From: Octopus bimaculoides
Lineage: Eukaryota
Direction: 5' to 3'
Assembly: GCF_001194135.2 (NCBI RefSeq)
Contig: NC_068984.1
Coordinates: forward strand, 59,490,497 to 59,553,976
DNA length: 63,480 bases
Below the pieces are notes generated by a model that did no database searches, had not been told where the DNA came from, and was given only the letters and a program-made list of their open reading frames with translations. Positions within the stretch are counted from its first letter, which is position 1. The number at the start of each line of letters is the position of its first letter. Both the position numbers and the translations under genes were made by a program. Positions 46,936-60,801 of this stretch are shown here, piece after piece.

Positions 46936-49900
46936 ACACGTCTGACGAAAGTTTTGATTTTTTTTAAACGTTTTACCTTCTTAGGCTTACCTGTAAATCT
47001 CACATATCACATGTAAGGATCCCTATTCTATATATTATGTCACTAAGTTTTAACCCTTTGCCTTTCCTGTGTATTGCACGTTATGGTTTGAGTATGGGGA
47101 AATGTTCCGTTACAGTGCATCCTTGCATCCACCATTTATCGGTATCTACTCCAGTTGCCCCGAGCAACCCTCTGAGCAGTGTCCCAGTCAGTTCCTATCT
47201 CCCTGAAATACTTCCTCATCTGCCGTGACTGGAGACATGTGGCCGACCAACACGAACCGTCACCCCCAACCGGATCATCAGAGAAGAAAATAGTACGCAG
47301 GAAAATCGAACAACATAAGTAAACAGTCTAGGCTGACGCTTAGACATGTGATACACAGGACATATCTCTTTGGTGTTCACGCATCATATATGATGCACAT
47401 TCCCAATTGTTTTCAGTTACCAGAGTAACTTGGAACATATGGAAGGATAGATTTTACTCAGGACGTTTGAAACAAGGGCTAACTAACATTCTGAAAACAA
47501 GCTTAGACGTTTAGGACAAACTCATGAAAATGCTTTGGAGAGGCAAAGGCTCGAGAATTATCTTGGAATAAAAAAAGGGTAACTTGGAAAGCTTTTCATC
47601 ATAAGTTTCTACTTGACCAGACTTGATTTGAGGTTAACAGCAACAACATTAATACCATGTGATTGAATCTATTTTACATTAAATCTTCCTTGTTTAACTG
47701 AAAATAAAAATCGTGGTCAACTTTCATTTAACCTTTCATATTAAATATCAAGTTTCCTCTATGTGAGCTGAGAATGTTGAACCACTGTTTTTGCTAACAA
47801 AATGTTTTCTTTTATGTGATTGCAATACTGCTCAAGGAAGTCAGTATCTAGCTCCAGTTCTGCACTGATCTAGATTAGGTTAGCTAGTATCAATGGCTTT
47901 CAGGCTGTGCCCATACTGTTTTTTATTCGGACGTTTATCTTCCTGGGTTTCTTTTCTTTTTCCTTTTTTTTTTATAATGGTAGGGTATAATTGGAGAGCG
48001 ATTCAGGTGTTATTTTTAACAAATTGAACAATCTCATAGCGGTTTCCTTCTGGCACATGTGATATTAGTTTGGAGGATAGGTAAACTGAGTTATTAGGAG
48101 TGCATGTTGATATGTAATAAAAACGAATCATCCAAAATAGTAGTTAGGGCAGAAAGTTGTTGTTTAGCTTAGATTTTTAGGAAAAAAAAAAATTTTCACA
48201 TGAAGTGCAAATTGAGCAAGGTTATTTTGAAGATTTACCCAAACTAGTATTAGATATAAACAAGACAGTTAAATTCCTTCAGTATAATGTTTCATTTGAT
48301 GTCCTATATATGATACTATTTGGATCATCATTTAACCATCTGATTGTGTGGAAATGGATGATTATAACATTTTTGAGTGATGTTGAGTCTCATAGAGGTG
48401 ATAACTGACCAAGACTTTTGGCAATTTGCTGTGCTTGAGAAGACACGTCAAGCTAAGTGAGATCATGGTATTGGCCAGTGACATATAAAAAACACCCAGT
48501 ACACTCTAGAGTAGCTGGTGTTAGGAAGAGCATTTAGCTGTAGAAACCCAGCCAAAAACAGACTGGAACCTGGTGCAGCTCTTTAGTTTAACAGTTCCTG
48601 TCAGACCATCTAACCCATGCCAGCATGGAAAACAGATGTTAAATGGTGATATGAAATGAAATTATACATATCACAATTTGGTTAGCCCAGGCATAGCCAT
48701 GTTGTTAAGAAGTTTGATTCACAAAGACATAGCATTGTTCTGGGCTCAATGTTACTGCATTATACCTTTTCAAATACCTATCAGAGCCTTGGGTAGATGG
48801 AGGCGATGTAGAAGTCTGTGGGATAGACTATTTTTTTTGTTCTTGGGTAGTAAAATAAATTTGGCATCTGGTTTTATGCCACTACCTCACCTGAAATTGA
48901 TTTTAATGGAGTCAACTCTGTTGCATTCATTTGGGTTAGGTCTCTACATTTATATCTTGATGCACTGCTTCTTACTGCAGCAACCCATGAGTAGTGGTTT
49001 CTGTCTTCACATCTTTATTTAATGGACTTTGCTCAAAGTTCATGACTGTTACACTTACTTGATCCAGCAGATTTTATCAAGCTTTCACGGTATGTGGAAG
49101 CCAGTGAGAAAGCACCTGTATCATTGTTTGATATCCTAGAAAATATCAGCTAAATGTCTCTCAGATCACAGCCTGCTATCTTAAAAAAGAGAAAGAACAC
49201 ATTGGATAGTGTAGTCCTGGATACACAATATCTATATTAAAAGGTGTATTGGTCATGATGGTTGGAAAGTCTTTGATTATGGGTATGCTTGATTGAGGTT
49301 GGCTCATGAATAACCTACTACTGACCTACTTAAATGATCTCTGTAACTTCTAGGAAATATTATTTTATTTTATATCATTCATTAGACCATTAGAAAATGT
49401 ACACATTAAAACTACTTGGGAAATATTAAGTATTGCAGAATAGGTTAGTTTGGTTGACATACCATAATTATTTCTCCAAGTTCAGTGTAAGGAAGAGCCA
49501 GGCACTGGATTTTTTTCTTTTTTAATTTTCTTTCCTTTGATACTTAATTATTAGTTACTTCATTACTATCAGTCATTTAAATGAATTTACGACCCAACTG
49601 AAAATAATTAAAGCTGATTATTTTACAATGCCATTCAGCCTTGATAGCTAAATTGTTTGGATGCTATTTGGCATGAATCGAGTAGTAAGAAGAAAAGAAA
49701 AGGTCAACTTTTAAAAGTATCACTGATGAGTTGCATGTACGACCTTGCTCTGAGTGATTTCTGTTTGGTTTGTATGATTGTTAAGCAGACTATTTTCTTT
49801 GTGTTTTGAATTCAAATCCTGTTGTAGCCTATCTGGATGGTAGACTTAATCCAGTCATCCATTTGGACACTACCACCTGGTTCTTTGGTGCCCTTAGTAC

Positions 49901-50249
49901 AGTCCCCTGTACTGCAAGCAATCAAATCAGATTTTTCGTCTGAGGATTCTTTGCTCCTAATAGCCTTGTAAGAGGTCCTGCAAACAGTTGTGGGTACTGT
50001 CCTTCCTCCTGGCTGAGAAACATAAGAAAAGATCATGTAAAAAAAAGAGGTAAAAAATGTTAAAGAAGCAGAACTATGCTCAAAGAAAAGTTTTCTAGTT
50101 CTGAGCATTTTTTTTTTTACAGGCATATTGTATCTAGGACCGCATTGTCCAATGCATCTTTTTTTAAGGACAGTTTGAGCAACCAAGTAGAGGTTCCATT
50201 ATAGACTCATAGTCTATGCTTAATTTCATGTGTTTATGTTGTTTTCTGC

Positions 50250-50590
50250 ATGATTACACCTCTTCAGTTATCTTCTTGAGCTTGCTCAGATTTGCTCATC
50301 TTTCACAGTTCTGCATAGCATTTGGAAAGTCAGTAGGGCAGCATCTGCGCCCATTGATAACGGTTTCTGTGGGATAGCTTTGCTCTCCACAGTCTCATGT
50401 GAATTGTATGTCTCTCTCTCTCTCTCTCTCGAATGGCATCAATGATTGCAAGAAGACTGCTACACAATCTTTGTTTGGTAAGATACTTTTTCCAGGAGAT
50501 ACTCAGAACAGCCTGTAACGTTATAACCTCAGCTAAAGTAAAGCTCAACAAACTTTGTCTCTTCCACTTATTCATTCTTATCATCTAATA
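50250..50590 (-). pseudogene. Decayed RTE-like LINE C-terminus containing an expanded (GA)n
   Basis: AVLSISWKKYLTKQRL..IIDAIRERERER..RLWRAK resembles LNISW..H.T..LY..I...IRERRLR.AGH. Confidence 0.5.
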
Positions 50591-50789
50591 GATATAATGT
50601 AGTTCCATCCTTTTAGTAGTGTTAGTTGGGGAGAAAAAAAATTAAAATGTTGTTTTGTGAATATATTTTCAAATATGTATTTTTTTTTTGTTCAAAATAA
50701 ATGTTAGTCACTTAGATTATTAATGCAAAAAGCACTAGCTCTTGTCAAACCTTACAATACTATTTCTACGCTGTACTTAACGAATCTCT

Positions 50790-51600
50790 GCTTTTGCAGC
50801 ATCCGTCTCCACTGCTGATTAGGCCACCTAGGTAATAGAAGCTGCCAACTACTTCTAGGGAGCTTTCCAGGCATTTGGAGAAATTAATTTCATGGGTGCT
50901 CTTAATACTACTCAGATGCACCTGCTACATGATGAATCTTTCAACTTCTACAGTTCTTCAGTTTGATCAACTGAACTATCTGCTTGTTAAATTAATATGC
51001 AAGTGGCTTAGTGTTCTACAAACACTTCTACTCTTAACAGTCCTCAGGCTAAATCAGCATGACAATATATAACAAAGCTGGATACTTGAATAACAGATAT
51101 AATTTATGTGATTAGCTTGGATTACTTTGGGCTATGTTAAAAGGTACTTGCTCAAGCTATCATGCTGTGGGATTGAACCTAAAGCCTCATGATACCAAAG
51201 TGAACTTCTTCACGACTCAGCATACATGCACTGTAAACCTACTTGTGGCCCTCTTTTTTTGTATGTATGCCTGTAGTTTACACTTTGTACACTCTGTATG
51301 AAATTCCAAGGCTGGCCAATCCATAATTACATTTGAGTCTCTCTTTCCTGTTAACTAAAATGTTCGTTTTTGCTAAGTTTACTTCAAGGCTTCACTCTTG
51401 CATTCAGAATTCTTGTAATTTTTTTGATGGATTCGACTATGGGAACTAGGTCATCAGTATTTAAAGTTTCTCATTGGCAGTCACTCTTAAAGTCCTCTGT
51501 TATAGCTTGGAGTACTATGATAAACAAGAAAGGCTGAGAAACAAACTCTGATAGATACTTACCTGCTTGCTGAATTCCTTACTGAACTTGTTGCTAATTC
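50790..51600 (-). pseudogene. Degenerate RTE fragments (50790-50960 and about 51330-51600) interrupted by a SINE head
   Basis: PFLFIIVLQAITEDFKSDCQWETLNTDDLV, plus nucleotide similarity to 20020-20230. Confidence 0.7.
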
Positions 51601-54188
51601 TCCTCTTGTTGACAGTATTTCTGTTCATTGCTTGCATGGCTCTCACAAACCATTTATCTACACTTAGTTTTCTTAGTAACCACGAAACTCCAGTGTGTGA
51701 TACCCTGACAAGGTTTTCGTTTTCTTGGTACTAAATATTTGGGCAACACTTGGCTTTTCTAAATGATAGAGAAATGAAACCAGTCTATCACAATTTCTAC
51801 CTATACAAAGTAATAAAACATTTTTCACAGTGAATTGTATCTCAATTTTTTTTTTTTTTGCCAGATTAACAGAGCTAGTGAAAGTAGTAGGCTGATTCCA
51901 TATCAAAATCAACTTGTAACTATTTTCTATCAAATATCAGTCACAAGTTGAACATTCTAATTGTCAAATATGATACCTATAAAGAACTAGAGTTGTCAAG
52001 TCATTAAAATGCTGGATTAGCCCAGTTAAACATTACATTATTTTCAGTGTTGTTTATCTCTGCAGTACTCTTGGAACAGAAAGGTCTTGCAGTGTAAAGT
52101 ATATATTCAGTAACAGTGCCATCCAGTCTGCTATACTAAATGTGTAATTTAAAAAAAGGGGGGGGGGGTAAATTGTAGTTTTGATTTGAAAGTGTTTTTG
52201 TTTTTAATATTGAGTTCAGTCTAATATTATTCTAGATATTCCTAAGGTGGTGAGCTATTAGAATCATTAGCACACTAGGCAAAATGCTTAGTGGCATTTC
52301 GTCCGTTGTTATGTTCTGAGTTCAAATTTTGCCTTTGACTTTGCCTTTCGTCCTTTCGGGGTTGATGTTATCAACTTGCATCCTCACCTGAAATTACTGG
52401 CCTTATGCCAAAATTTAAAACCAATATTCTAAGTATTCCTACACAGGCATAGTAGATGATATTGAATATGGAGTAAGCATAGCTGTGTATCTGGATTATT
52501 GGTTAATGTCATCTCACTTTACCTCTGCTGCTGATGTTTGGAAAAAGCATCTTCCTGTTATCTTTAAGCCCTCTGTTGAAAAAGAGACCAATAGTTTCTC
52601 TAAGTATTCTTTATAAGATTAGTTAGAATTATAGAGTAAGAGGTAAACTCCTAGTTAAACATGTCAATAACTTAATTTTGATGACCAGTTATAGATAGCT
52701 ATATTTTTCTTCTTCTTATATTGATAATTCAGTTTTTGGAAACGCAAACATCACAGCTCTCATTTCTTGTCTGTTTTGAAATCAATAATCCTTATCATCT
52801 TTGATAGATACCTCAAATCACACCAGTGAAAGGGAGTAGTCATAATCAAGGCCACACACTATCTCAGTTAACATCCATCACTCAAACTGTCTGTCACTAC
52901 AGCAAACACATGCCATTACTGTCTCTCTTCCATTACTTCACTCTTGCTCCTTTCACCCATTCAACCTGTCACTATTGCCACCACTCTCTTTCCTACTCTT
53001 GTGGTCATATCATGAAACTTTAAACAAATGAAGACACTGCAGGATTGAGAGGGTCTCTAAGTCTTTTATTAAAGATGTGGCAACTCCTCTAATGCTACTG
53101 TCATGATAAAATAAGCCCAGTACATTCTATAAAATGGTGAGTATGAGAAGAACATCTAGCAATTGAAACCATGCCATAATTGGAATGTAGGGTGTAGTCT
53201 TCCAAAGGTAGTAATTCTGAGTAAGAACTAACTCAAACCATAACAACCTGTTCAACCCATGCTAGCATGAAAAGCAAACATAAAAATGTTGATATTATTC
53301 AAATCCCAGAAGAGTTTCCTTTTTCTACATTCAGTGGCCAATAAAATATTTACAAGTCATGCATTAGAGCCTATTATTTAATTCACTACTCCTTCAAAAT
53401 GTATGTGAGGCTCTGTGCCTTAGTCAGAAATCATTATGGAACAGCCAAAATAACAGAGTACAAGACTAAATACTTTTGTGTCATCCCTCTATATTCTAAT
53501 ACTGCTATGCTTAATTTTAGTGTCCATCCATCTGAGATTAAGTCAGTATCAGTCATCTGCTGAGGTCGATCACTTGACTATATTCCTCCACAACAAGTTT
53601 GTGTCCCAAGGTTAAAAATATTAGACATTATCATTTTATTCATTTTTACATCTGTTTTTACATCTCTCTGTGGTTAAGTAAATATGTTATTGGAGTATTA
53701 TTTTATAGTTAGATGTTATTCGTGTTACTCTTGTTTTTCAAGTAAAGGTCTTGTTCCTCACAGCTTTGAAGGTGTGAAGCAAGTGGAGGATTTGTTGATG
53801 AGCACTGACAACACCACCACTGTAACTTGCATTGAAGCAAGTGAGATGTCAACACATAAATACATACACACATTTATACATACAGTTTCTGTTTACCAAA
53901 TCCTCTCACATGGCTTTGATCACTCCAGGGCTATACTAGAAGGCCCAAGATTCTGTGTAGTGGGACTGAACCTGAAATCACATGGTTGGGAAGTGAACTT
54001 GTTAACCACGCAGTCGTGCTTGCACCTATATTATCTTATGAAATTGTTAATGGATAGAATTTAAATATCTTTTTAGAGTCTAATTGCAATGAATGTTATG
54101 AAATCAGCAAAATCGTATATCCTTTTTATTCTTAGATGAAATTTTGGAATATTGTTAAAATAAGCAATATTTGAGTATGTATCTAATA

Positions 54189-54438
54189 CAGTAGTTCTGA
54201 ACCGGGGTCTGTATGGCCCTTGTGGAGCCCATAGAAGATTTTGTCAAGATTTAATGTGCAATAAAGTGGTTATACTTCTACAATACACAATATATATTTT
54301 TTTAAATACAATTCTAAATAATATTTAATTATAAAAATACAATAGGATTTTTTAAAGCATTGAATGGTTATGAAGGCCCACCCATGTAAAAATAGGAATC
54401 AAAGGTGTCTATAGGTGAAAAATGGTTAAGAACATCTG
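54189..54438. mobile_element. hAT-Charlie-type MITE (250 bp)
   Basis: Ends cagtagttctgaacc / ggttaagaacatctg; TSD atctaata / gtctaata. Confidence 0.75.
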
Positions 54439-54530
54439 GTCTAATAGAAAAAAAAAAGATGGAAATAATTTTATGTTATAAAAACTTTTACCTTAACACA
54501 AATACTACAAGTCTTGAGTATATGAAGTGA

Positions 54531-54796
54531 TTACTCTTTACTCTTTTACTTGTTTCAGTCATTTAGACTGCAGCCATGCTGAAGCACCGCCTTTTAGTCG
54601 AGCAAATCGACCCCGGGACTTATTCTTTGTAAGCCTAGTACTTATCCTATTGGTCTCTTTTGCCGAACCGCTAAGTAACGGGGACATAAACACACCAGCA
54701 TTGGTTGTCAAGCAATGCTAGGGGGACAAATACAGACACACACGCACATATATATATATATATATATATACATATATACGACGGGCTTCTTTCAGT
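54531..54796 (-). mobile_element. Family A SINE 3' part, young (other copies or fragments about 291-435-, 11205-11440, 27855-28085+, 48680-48760+, 51110-51230-, 53880-54030-, 55735-55965-, 59800-59945-)
   Basis: CpG-retaining consensus-like sequence gagcaaatcgaccccgggacttattctttgtaagcctagtactt. Confidence 0.8.
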
Positions 54797-55389
54797 AGAT
54801 AAAAAAAAAATATTTTATACCTGTCATTGCTTTATTCTCTGATAAGGTATTGCATAAGGCACCACCAGTTTTAAAGCTATTCTAACATTGTTATTGCAGC
54901 TATTTTCAGGTGGTACAATAAAGTACATCCAGTCAAGCAACCTGTAATTGGAAGACTGCAGTTGTAGAAAGCACACCAAAAATTGAAATATGGCTTCTCT
55001 AAGATCCATTGAAGGTTACTCATCTGAGAGGGTGGTAACTCTATATGAGTATATTGGTAACACAGGGAATTCTCTAGTGCAGATGCTGACAACCTATTTA
55101 GTGCTGATTAAATGCACCTAGTCCACCTTGTATGACCATACACAACAACAAAATTAGCTGATTTTCTCTGTTGCTGTGTCTACCAATCGTAAAAAAAAAG
55201 AAAAGAAAAGAATTACAAAGTCTTGAGATGCTTCATGTGAGAAAAATGAAAATAAAATAACAAGGGTAGTATGTTGTCATTTCATCTGCTTAGACTTCAG
55301 TTTAACATTTATGCAGCTAACTGTTCACTTAGAATATAACTGTTGCACTTCATTATTAGAGCTTATTTGGTTATTTTAACCTTTTAGGT

Positions 55390-55581
55390 CAATGGTTCTC
55401 AACCAGGGTCCAGATGGCCCTTAGGGATCCATATAAAGCTTTGTTAAAAATTTATCTACACTACCTCTACAATACACAAAATATTTTAATTATTTTTATA
55501 CAATTTCAAATATAGCTGGATCTATCAGAGTAAAATAGAAATCAAAGAGGTCCATAGGTAAAAAATGGTAGAGAAACACTG
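55390..55581. mobile_element. hAT MITE of the same family as 54189 (192 bp)
   Basis: caatggttctcaacc start and shared internal blocks with 54189; TSD ttttaggt / ctttaggc (6 of 8 match). Confidence 0.65.
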
Positions 55582-57250
55582 CTTTAGGCATTTAAACTGA
55601 CCATGTCTTGTCCAAATATTTTACCTGTTTTATGTTCAAACTGGTCAGATTTATTCTCTTATGCCTACTTTACAATGTCATTCTGAAAAGAAACAATCAC
55701 ATCATCAAAATCTTAAAGCTACAAGATGGTCACAGAGGTACAGACACAAAGACACGTCTGTGTGTGTATATGTATATATATATGTGTGTGTGTGTATATA
55801 ATGTATACATACATACATGATGGGCTCCTTTCAGTTTCCGTCTACCAAATCCACTTGCAAGGCTTTGGTCAGCCAAAAGTTATAGTAGAAGACACTTGCA
55901 ACACAGTGGACTGAACCATTTGATTGAGAAACAAGCTTCTTACCACACAGCCACTCCTGTGCCTATATATATGATTTTTTTGAAATAAAATTAAAATGAG
56001 TGTAAGAGGAGAAAATACAATTTTAATTCCAATAAAGTGTTACATCTCACAAACATTGAAAGATCATTGTTGATCTTTGTTATTCAAGTCTGCTCACTAT
56101 TGCCGTATACAAAATAGAACATTACATACTTGTAGTTTGTGCAAGATAAAACATCTTATCTTGATAGTTGATTTTCATAATGTCAACAACAAATGGGAGA
56201 AGTGAATGAGAAGCTTATGCTATGCATGATGGTAATGATGTTGAAGATAACATGGAAATGGAAAATTTTGAGATTTCAGCTTTTATTGGAAAATTTCTGG
56301 CATTGAGCCTATAAACATTTCCAAAAAGTTTTGAAGTTTCCAACATGATTTACCAGTAATGGAAACACATTATTTATTCTTTTCTCTCTTTATTATTGAA
56401 AAGAGGAATTTCAACTGTTTGAAAAGAATTTTCAATAAGCAATTGTATTATTTTGAGTCTCTCATTAATATTGATCTTTCGTCTGAAACGACTAAAGAAT
56501 GAAGAGTTACTTTGCTTTTATTCTTTAAATTTTAACTTCTTTGTGACTACATTTCTCATGAATGTATACTGCCTGTATGTTTCAATTCTGAAAATAATGA
56601 AGAATTTGGAGGGATTTAGCAACCTTTGAAAAAAATTTTTGTAGTAGGGCCCTTAAAGCGTTGGGAAAAATACCATGCAATACTTGTGGCTTTTCTTATT
56701 CTGAGTTCAAATCCACCAAAGTCAACTTTCAGTTTCCTTGGGCCAATAAAATGAAGTACTAGTGAAAAACTGGGGTCAATTTAATCCTTTTAGTGTAGAA
56801 ATTGGATATATCTACTCAAAATTTCATTACTCTTAACTGCAGAAAGCACTTTTAAATATCAATCTATCTTTTGTTGAGTAATGTCATGTTTATCGTGGCA
56901 ATGTGATTTGCAGAAAATACCAACTCTATTTTTTGGTAAATATTTAGTATTATTACTGGAATAACCATGAAATTTAATTCCACAATTAAAGGATTACTTG
57001 ACTAATCTACTCCCTAAACTTTTTGGCCTTGTGCCTATGTTAGAAAATTATTAAGCTCATAAAATTATGATGGAAGGTTTTAATTTAAACATCGACTCTT
57101 TAATAGAGAAGTTTTGTGTTACAGGATTAGTGGTCAATCTCATGCAGTTGGTATCAAAATGGTTAAATACATATTTTAGGTTCTTCATTTTAGAATAAAT
57201 GCAACTGTGCAGTCAAATGTACAATAAAGTGATTCTAACAAGTTATGATA

Positions 57251-57763
57251 ACACTGTTTAACATGATTTTTGTCCTTGGGTAGCAACTGTTATTTCCTAT
57301 TTGGTTACCCTTAGAAAATATGGAAAATGGTTAATATTTCCTTCAAACTTTGCTTTTCTTACATTTATTCAAACCCCAAAGAATCCCCCACTACTCCTGC
57401 TCAGGACCAGAGATCCTCATATTAGATTCAAAGAACTATTACACTCATTAACAGATTTCAAAATATTAACTAAATTTTAAAATTAGAGACATGCTCAAAT
57501 GGTTAAGCTCAAGCAACTGACGAGCAGATCTGTGCTATTGAGCAGAATATTTGCTATAGCAATGTTTCTGCTTCTACAACTCAGCAGTGAATCTATCTGA
57601 AATGTACTGGAAAATAGGTTAGTTTCAAAACATTGTTGTCCCTGTCACAAAAGCAAAGTTTGATGGGAATAGTAGTCATTTCCTTTGATCTCTACATAGA
57701 ATCAAATAGGAAATAACACTTACTGACCAAAAACAAAAAAATAAAAATTTTGTTACACAGTGT
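57251..57763. mobile_element. Unclassified TIR element (~510 bp)
   Basis: Imperfect inverted ends acactgtttaaca..gttatttcctattt / aaataggaaataac..tgttacacagtgt. Confidence 0.5.
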
Positions 57764-59980
57764 CATGTTAAACTCTTTCTTTACATAATTCAACAGGAGG
57801 AATGAGTAAGCCTCTTGGTAGTAGTTTGCTGCTTCGTGCTTGTGAAAGCTCACTCACTCTGCATCCAAAATATATCAGTAGGAAAAACTCAGGATTAGAA
57901 GCTGGGTATCCAGGTAGATTTGTTTTCTCAAGACATTTTGAAGTTCTGTATCTTTTTTTTTTTTTTTTTTTTTTGTTTGTTTGTTTGTTTGTAAGTGTTA
58001 CTTTCCAGTTATCTCTTCCAGTAGCTGTTTTTATGTAGACCAACTGTTGCTTCATCAGCCCTTAAATTTGTTATTCTTGTTTCGAAGTTGTACATTTGAT
58101 TATTATAGAAGTTTTTGCAAGAGTGCCAAATGAATAGCAATTTACTTAGATATCTTGTCTAACCTTGCTGAACATTTAGACTGAGCTAATAAAGGTTGGT
58201 TGACTTGTTAGAAATTGCAACTAAATCATGTCGTAGCCTCTTGACTTAAAAGAATGGACACTTTGGATAAGGTAGTCTTAGGTACAGAGAAAAGAAGGGA
58301 TGGAACAAGCATGGCTGGAATGCTTTTGATCATAGGTCTGCTTGATCAGAGCTGACAAGATCCACACATTATTTGGTGGTGTACAAATAGATTTATTAGA
58401 TTTGGATAAATAACTTTTAAGGGCTGTTAATTCTATATAGAAATGTATCAAAAAGATTAATATATTTTAAAATCTGTTAATGAGTGTAATAGTTCTTTGA
58501 ATCTAATTGATAGGAATTGTTACTTACCTAGGTAAGCTAATCAAAGTTGGCAGTTAAGGACCACTGATATTGCAAAGGCTGTAATTCATAAGAGAGAAGT
58601 GAAGCCATTTTTAAAAAAGGATTCTCTTTCAGTTGATAAAAGCATGTTGTAAATGTCAGAAGTTCAATACTATTTAACTGAATTTTGAGTTAAGGAGGCA
58701 GATGACAGCTTTCAAGAACTGGTGGGGGGGTGATAAAATCAGTTTATAGAAAAGTACTGATTGATTGACTTGACTTGCTCAAAATCTGGTCTTTTCTACA
58801 GCTAAGTACAGAGATCTTTGCTCTTCATATTTACTCCACTCAGATTTTCTCTTGCCTTTCCTCCTCTTGTTATCTATATCCTGGTCTCCTCACTAATCAT
58901 TTCACCCAGTACTTCTTGAATGTCATCCTTTGGAATCCTCTGCTTTCTCTTCTTGCAATTGTCACCTTGCAACTATTCAAAGGTAACATTAACTCAAACT
59001 TAGCAGTATGGGAGGGAAGGACTTGTGAAATCAATGGATACAAACTTCATCCAAACCAATAAAAATGAAATGAAATATGATTCATCAGATGTTTTGTGTG
59101 CAAGTGTTGGTAAATTTAAGCAGAAACCTGCCAAGATCTAGGAAACAGATTTTATAGATGGATGCTAAGAAGAAACAATAAGTAGAAAGTGTTTTAAGTG
59201 TTTTCATCTGGTTGCAGCAGAGGATAACTGAAATAGGTCAAGGAAAACGAATGTGGTAATGAAGATAACAAAACTAAGACGAATTAATTTTGAATATCTA
59301 CACATTGTCAAAGGATATACAGCACTTCTTCTAATGGTCTCTCACTCACTGGTGTTCATTGTCTATTTTTACATGCTAGCATGGGGTAAGGCATTTTTTT
59401 ATGGTTGGATGACCATCCTGTCACTATCCTCATGAGTCAAGAGTGGCTGTTTCAGCACATCTCCCTTGCCATCATCCAGGGCAGCCTCTTTTCTGTTTTG
59501 TCTGCTGGGACTATGAGGTCATCTGAATTACAGGAAATTGTATATTCCACTTGTTACTCCGTATAAATTGCTCTTGTCACCATACAGTACAATTATATTC
59601 TTTAGTTCAGTTATGTTGATTATACTGTTACTTCTTGTGAAATAAAAGGGATCAAGTAAGGTCCTTTTTATTCAAGTCTTTGAAAGTACAGAACTCATAG
59701 ATGATTTGTTGATAGGAATCGTCAAGAAGCATCACCATCTTTTGTTCTATGTTTTGCATGCAAAGTGAGGAATTTAAGCACACACACACACACACACACA
59801 TGATAAGCTCCCATAAAGTTTCTATCTACTAATCTCACTACCAGATAATGAATCAGTTTAGTGAATTGCAGTAGAAGTCACTTTCTCCCATGTGTTGTGC
59901 TAAAGGATTGAACCTGAAGCTACATAGTTGTAAAGCAAATGTAACCACTCATTTTGAAGATCAATATTTTGCAAGAAGTA

Positions 59981-60801
59981 CAGGGTGCGGTGAATGTATT
60001 GTCTAAATTATGCGAAAATGAAAATAACACTGACATCTCATTTTAACATATATATTTACCAAAATTACATTAAAATATCTTGAAATGCTAGAGTAAATTT
60101 ATTCAATAAAATTGCCATTGGCTTCAACCATGGCCTCCAGATTACTTCAGAATCTCTTCCAACTCTTCTGGACGGTCTCCTTGTTTAAGTTGATCAATAT
60201 TGCCATAATCCTTGCCTTCAGTTCATCTTTGGTGTTACAAGAAGTTTTGTTGGTCTCTTACTCAACTGTGCCCCACATCTAATAATCAAGAGGTTTGAAG
60301 TCTGGGGAGTTAGGTGGCTAGATGTTAGGGGTGATGTGGTCACAGAAATTGTCTGACAGCCATGACTAGGTTCTTCTGCTTGTGTGGCATGGTGCAGAGT
60401 CCTGTTGCCAGACATAGGGTCTTCCAGCAGCCATCCTCTTGACCCAGGGCAGCACTATCTCCTCCAGGCACTTGATGTAGGCCTCTGTGTTGAGTCTGAG
60501 GCATAACATTGCCATCACTAGTGATCATGCCAAACACCATGATGTTGACTGGATGTTTGATTTTTATCACTCTTGGTACATGTTTTGGGAACACGGCAAG
60601 CCAACAGTTGTTCTGTGTGTTCACCCTCTGTTTGTATTGGAGTGTCCAAGCAGTACAGCATGTTGTTTCCAAATTTCTGGCAGAGTGAATTGTGTCATGG
60701 TGCTGTTTTTCTCACAGACAGTGCCCAACTGACCCTACTATACTGTGTAGTCAACAAAAATAAAGACAACGCACAAAATTAAAAATATGAAATGGCAACA
60801 A
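59981..60801 (-). mobile_element. Second DD37D-like copy of the same family as 25928
   Basis: Long near-identity with 25928-26650. Retains the ~120-bp ...GRPYVWQQDSAPCHTS segment that the first copy lacks. One TIR end is lost. Confidence 0.8.

Noticed and set aside
47220-47290. Minus-strand CUGAUGA...ACAUGUC
   Set aside because: GAAA is absent and stem I cannot pair.
49724-49760. CUGAUGA followed by a GUUG/CGAC hairpin
   Set aside because: No GAAA or cleavage triplet follows, so it is not a hammerhead.
49812-50186. 124-aa minus-strand ORF with an acceptor-like site
   Set aside because: No recognisable domain. It lies next to a LINE remnant and is more plausibly decayed LINE 3' sequence.
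50800-50831. Exon-like ttttgcAG|catccg...cctag|GTAATA as exon 2 of the 44.9-kb gene
   Set aside because: It is the antisense of an RTE fragment (aligns with 20030-20100).
52434-52472. YSYTGIVDDIEYG(VSIAVYLDYWLM), superficially like FAF1/caspar SITGIDDV...WNLM, with a GTAAGC donor
   Set aside because: The acceptor lacks a pyrimidine tract and lies at a SINE tail, and the Thr-to-Trp spacing differs from FAF1. Likely coincidence, but cheap to test with RNA-seq.
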